DNA of 64,000 nt from assembly GCA_965218795.1 (NCBI GenBank), contig OZ244653.1, positions 2,368,001-2,432,000 of the forward strand, written 5' to 3'. The position numbers and the translations under genes were made by a program. The notes below the pieces were generated by a model. It did not search any database. It saw nothing but the letters and a program-made list of their open reading frames with translations, and was not told where the DNA came from. Positions 63,223 to 64,000 of the stretch are shown in pieces. Every line of letters begins with the position of its first letter. Position 1 is the first letter of the stretch. Source of the stretch: a bacterium. GTDB lineage: Bacteria; UBA8248; JACPRG01; G963555815.

Positions 63223-64000
63223 TTAGAATGCATACGAGATGCCCAGATAATAGAATCCGCCGTTGAATCCAAAGGGAGAAGACGAGGGGTATTTGTTGCC
63301 AAGAATCGTGGCATTCGGATTTTCGGTCGGATACGTGTTGAACAGGTTTTCCGCCCCCGCCGCGAGTGTCAACCCGCTTTTGAAGGTGTATGAGGCTTCC
63401 GCGTCCACGAGCCACCGTTCCGAGGCGTTGATGGGGGGGAGTCCGCTTCCGGCAAAGAAAAACTCGACGAACGCGTCGTAGTAGTGAAGCCGGGACAGGA
63501 ACCGCCAGGGACCCCGCCGGTGGTCGGCCGTCAGCGAGAACCGGAACTCCGGCAGGCCCTCTTCGAGCTGGCGCACCTTTTCACGGTGGATGATGTCCGG
63601 ATTGAAAGCGTCCACCTTGGTTTGATTCCAGTTGCCCGCGAAAGTGAAGGTGGTGTCACCGCCAAGCATCTTCGCCGGGTAAGTCGCCACCACGTCGATC
63701 CCCTGCGTGGTGGTGTCGAAATCGTTGGTGAAGAACCGCACCTGGGAGAAACTGCTCGCATCCGCGACACCCTGGGCCAGCAGTGCGTCGATATCGTCCT
63801 TGGTTAAATTCAGGCCGCTGGTCTGCGCAATCCGGTCTTTCACCTTGATGTTGTAGTAGTCGATGGTGACGGCAAGGCCGCCGATTTCGAACACCATGCC
63901 GGTGGAAATGTTGACGGACTTTTCCGGAGCCAGCGGCCGCCCGCCCTTTTGCTTCGCTATCGGGCTGGTCGGCGGCAGCGTGGCTACATCCGCCAGCTCC
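63223..64000 (-). CDS. TonB-dependent receptor, C-terminal part (5' end beyond the window)
   Basis: LAPEKSVNISTG..IDYYNIKVKDRI..FFTNDFDTTTQGID..GAENLFNTYP..SPFGFNGGFYY..SYAF*. Confidence 0.92.
   Translation of the reverse strand, partial: ELADVATLPPTSPIAKQKGGRPLAPEKSVNISTGMVFEIGGLAVTIDYYNIKVKDRIAQTSGLNLTKDDIDALLAQGVADASSFSQVRFFTNDFDTTTQGIDVVATYPAKMLGGDTTFTFAGNWNQTKVDAFNPDIIHREKVRQLEEGLPEFRFSLTADHRRGPWRFLSRLHYYDAFVEFFFAGSGLPPINASERWLVDAEASYTFKSGLTLAAGAENLFNTYPTENPNATILGNKYPSSSPFGFNGGFYYLGISYAF

Overview
GC-rich bacterial DNA from a diderm organism (porin and TonB-dependent receptor present); no rRNA and no CRISPR array seen. The window alternates between catabolic/transport genes and decayed accessory DNA. 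(1) 1-5.5 kb: mobile-element and defence-gene remnants (IS3 pseudogene and stray IS ends, a 70-bp MITE-like element, an integrase fragment, MmeI-like methyltransferase and PD-(D/E)XK nuclease pseudogenes). (2) 5.8-11.8 kb: BMP-type nucleoside ABC transporter and a tandem CycH-Ig lipoprotein. (3) tRNA-Leu(CAG) followed by a ~2.9-kb direct-repeat-flanked islet (IS1380 remnant, Zn-finger ORF, long-form dCTP deaminase). (4) 15.8-30.4 kb: orphan NMT1/THI5 binding proteins, a Rieske oxygenase, an Acg-like nitroreductase, MoaD plus a Tat-less three-subunit molybdoenzyme, a cyclic amidohydrolase, an M29/NicX-like protein and DUF3891. (5) 32.3-42.1 kb: a type I R-M locus with a broken hsdR, a HEPN gene whose MNT partner is fused to HsdS, and a palindrome-flanked DUF559 endonuclease inserted in-frame inside HsdS. 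(6) 42-61 kb: amidase, hydantoinase/oxoprolinase, porin, SDR, M24, zur-znuABC with a Zur box, and an acyl-CoA ligase. (7) 61.6-63 kb: two small paralogous genes, the second with an in-frame UGA followed by a hairpin that fits the bacterial SECIS model (candidate new selenoprotein), then a tandem rhodanese. Best leads: the candidate selenoprotein operon and the HEPN / MNT-HsdS(DUF559) R-M architecture. All calls come from motif recognition by eye; no searches were run.
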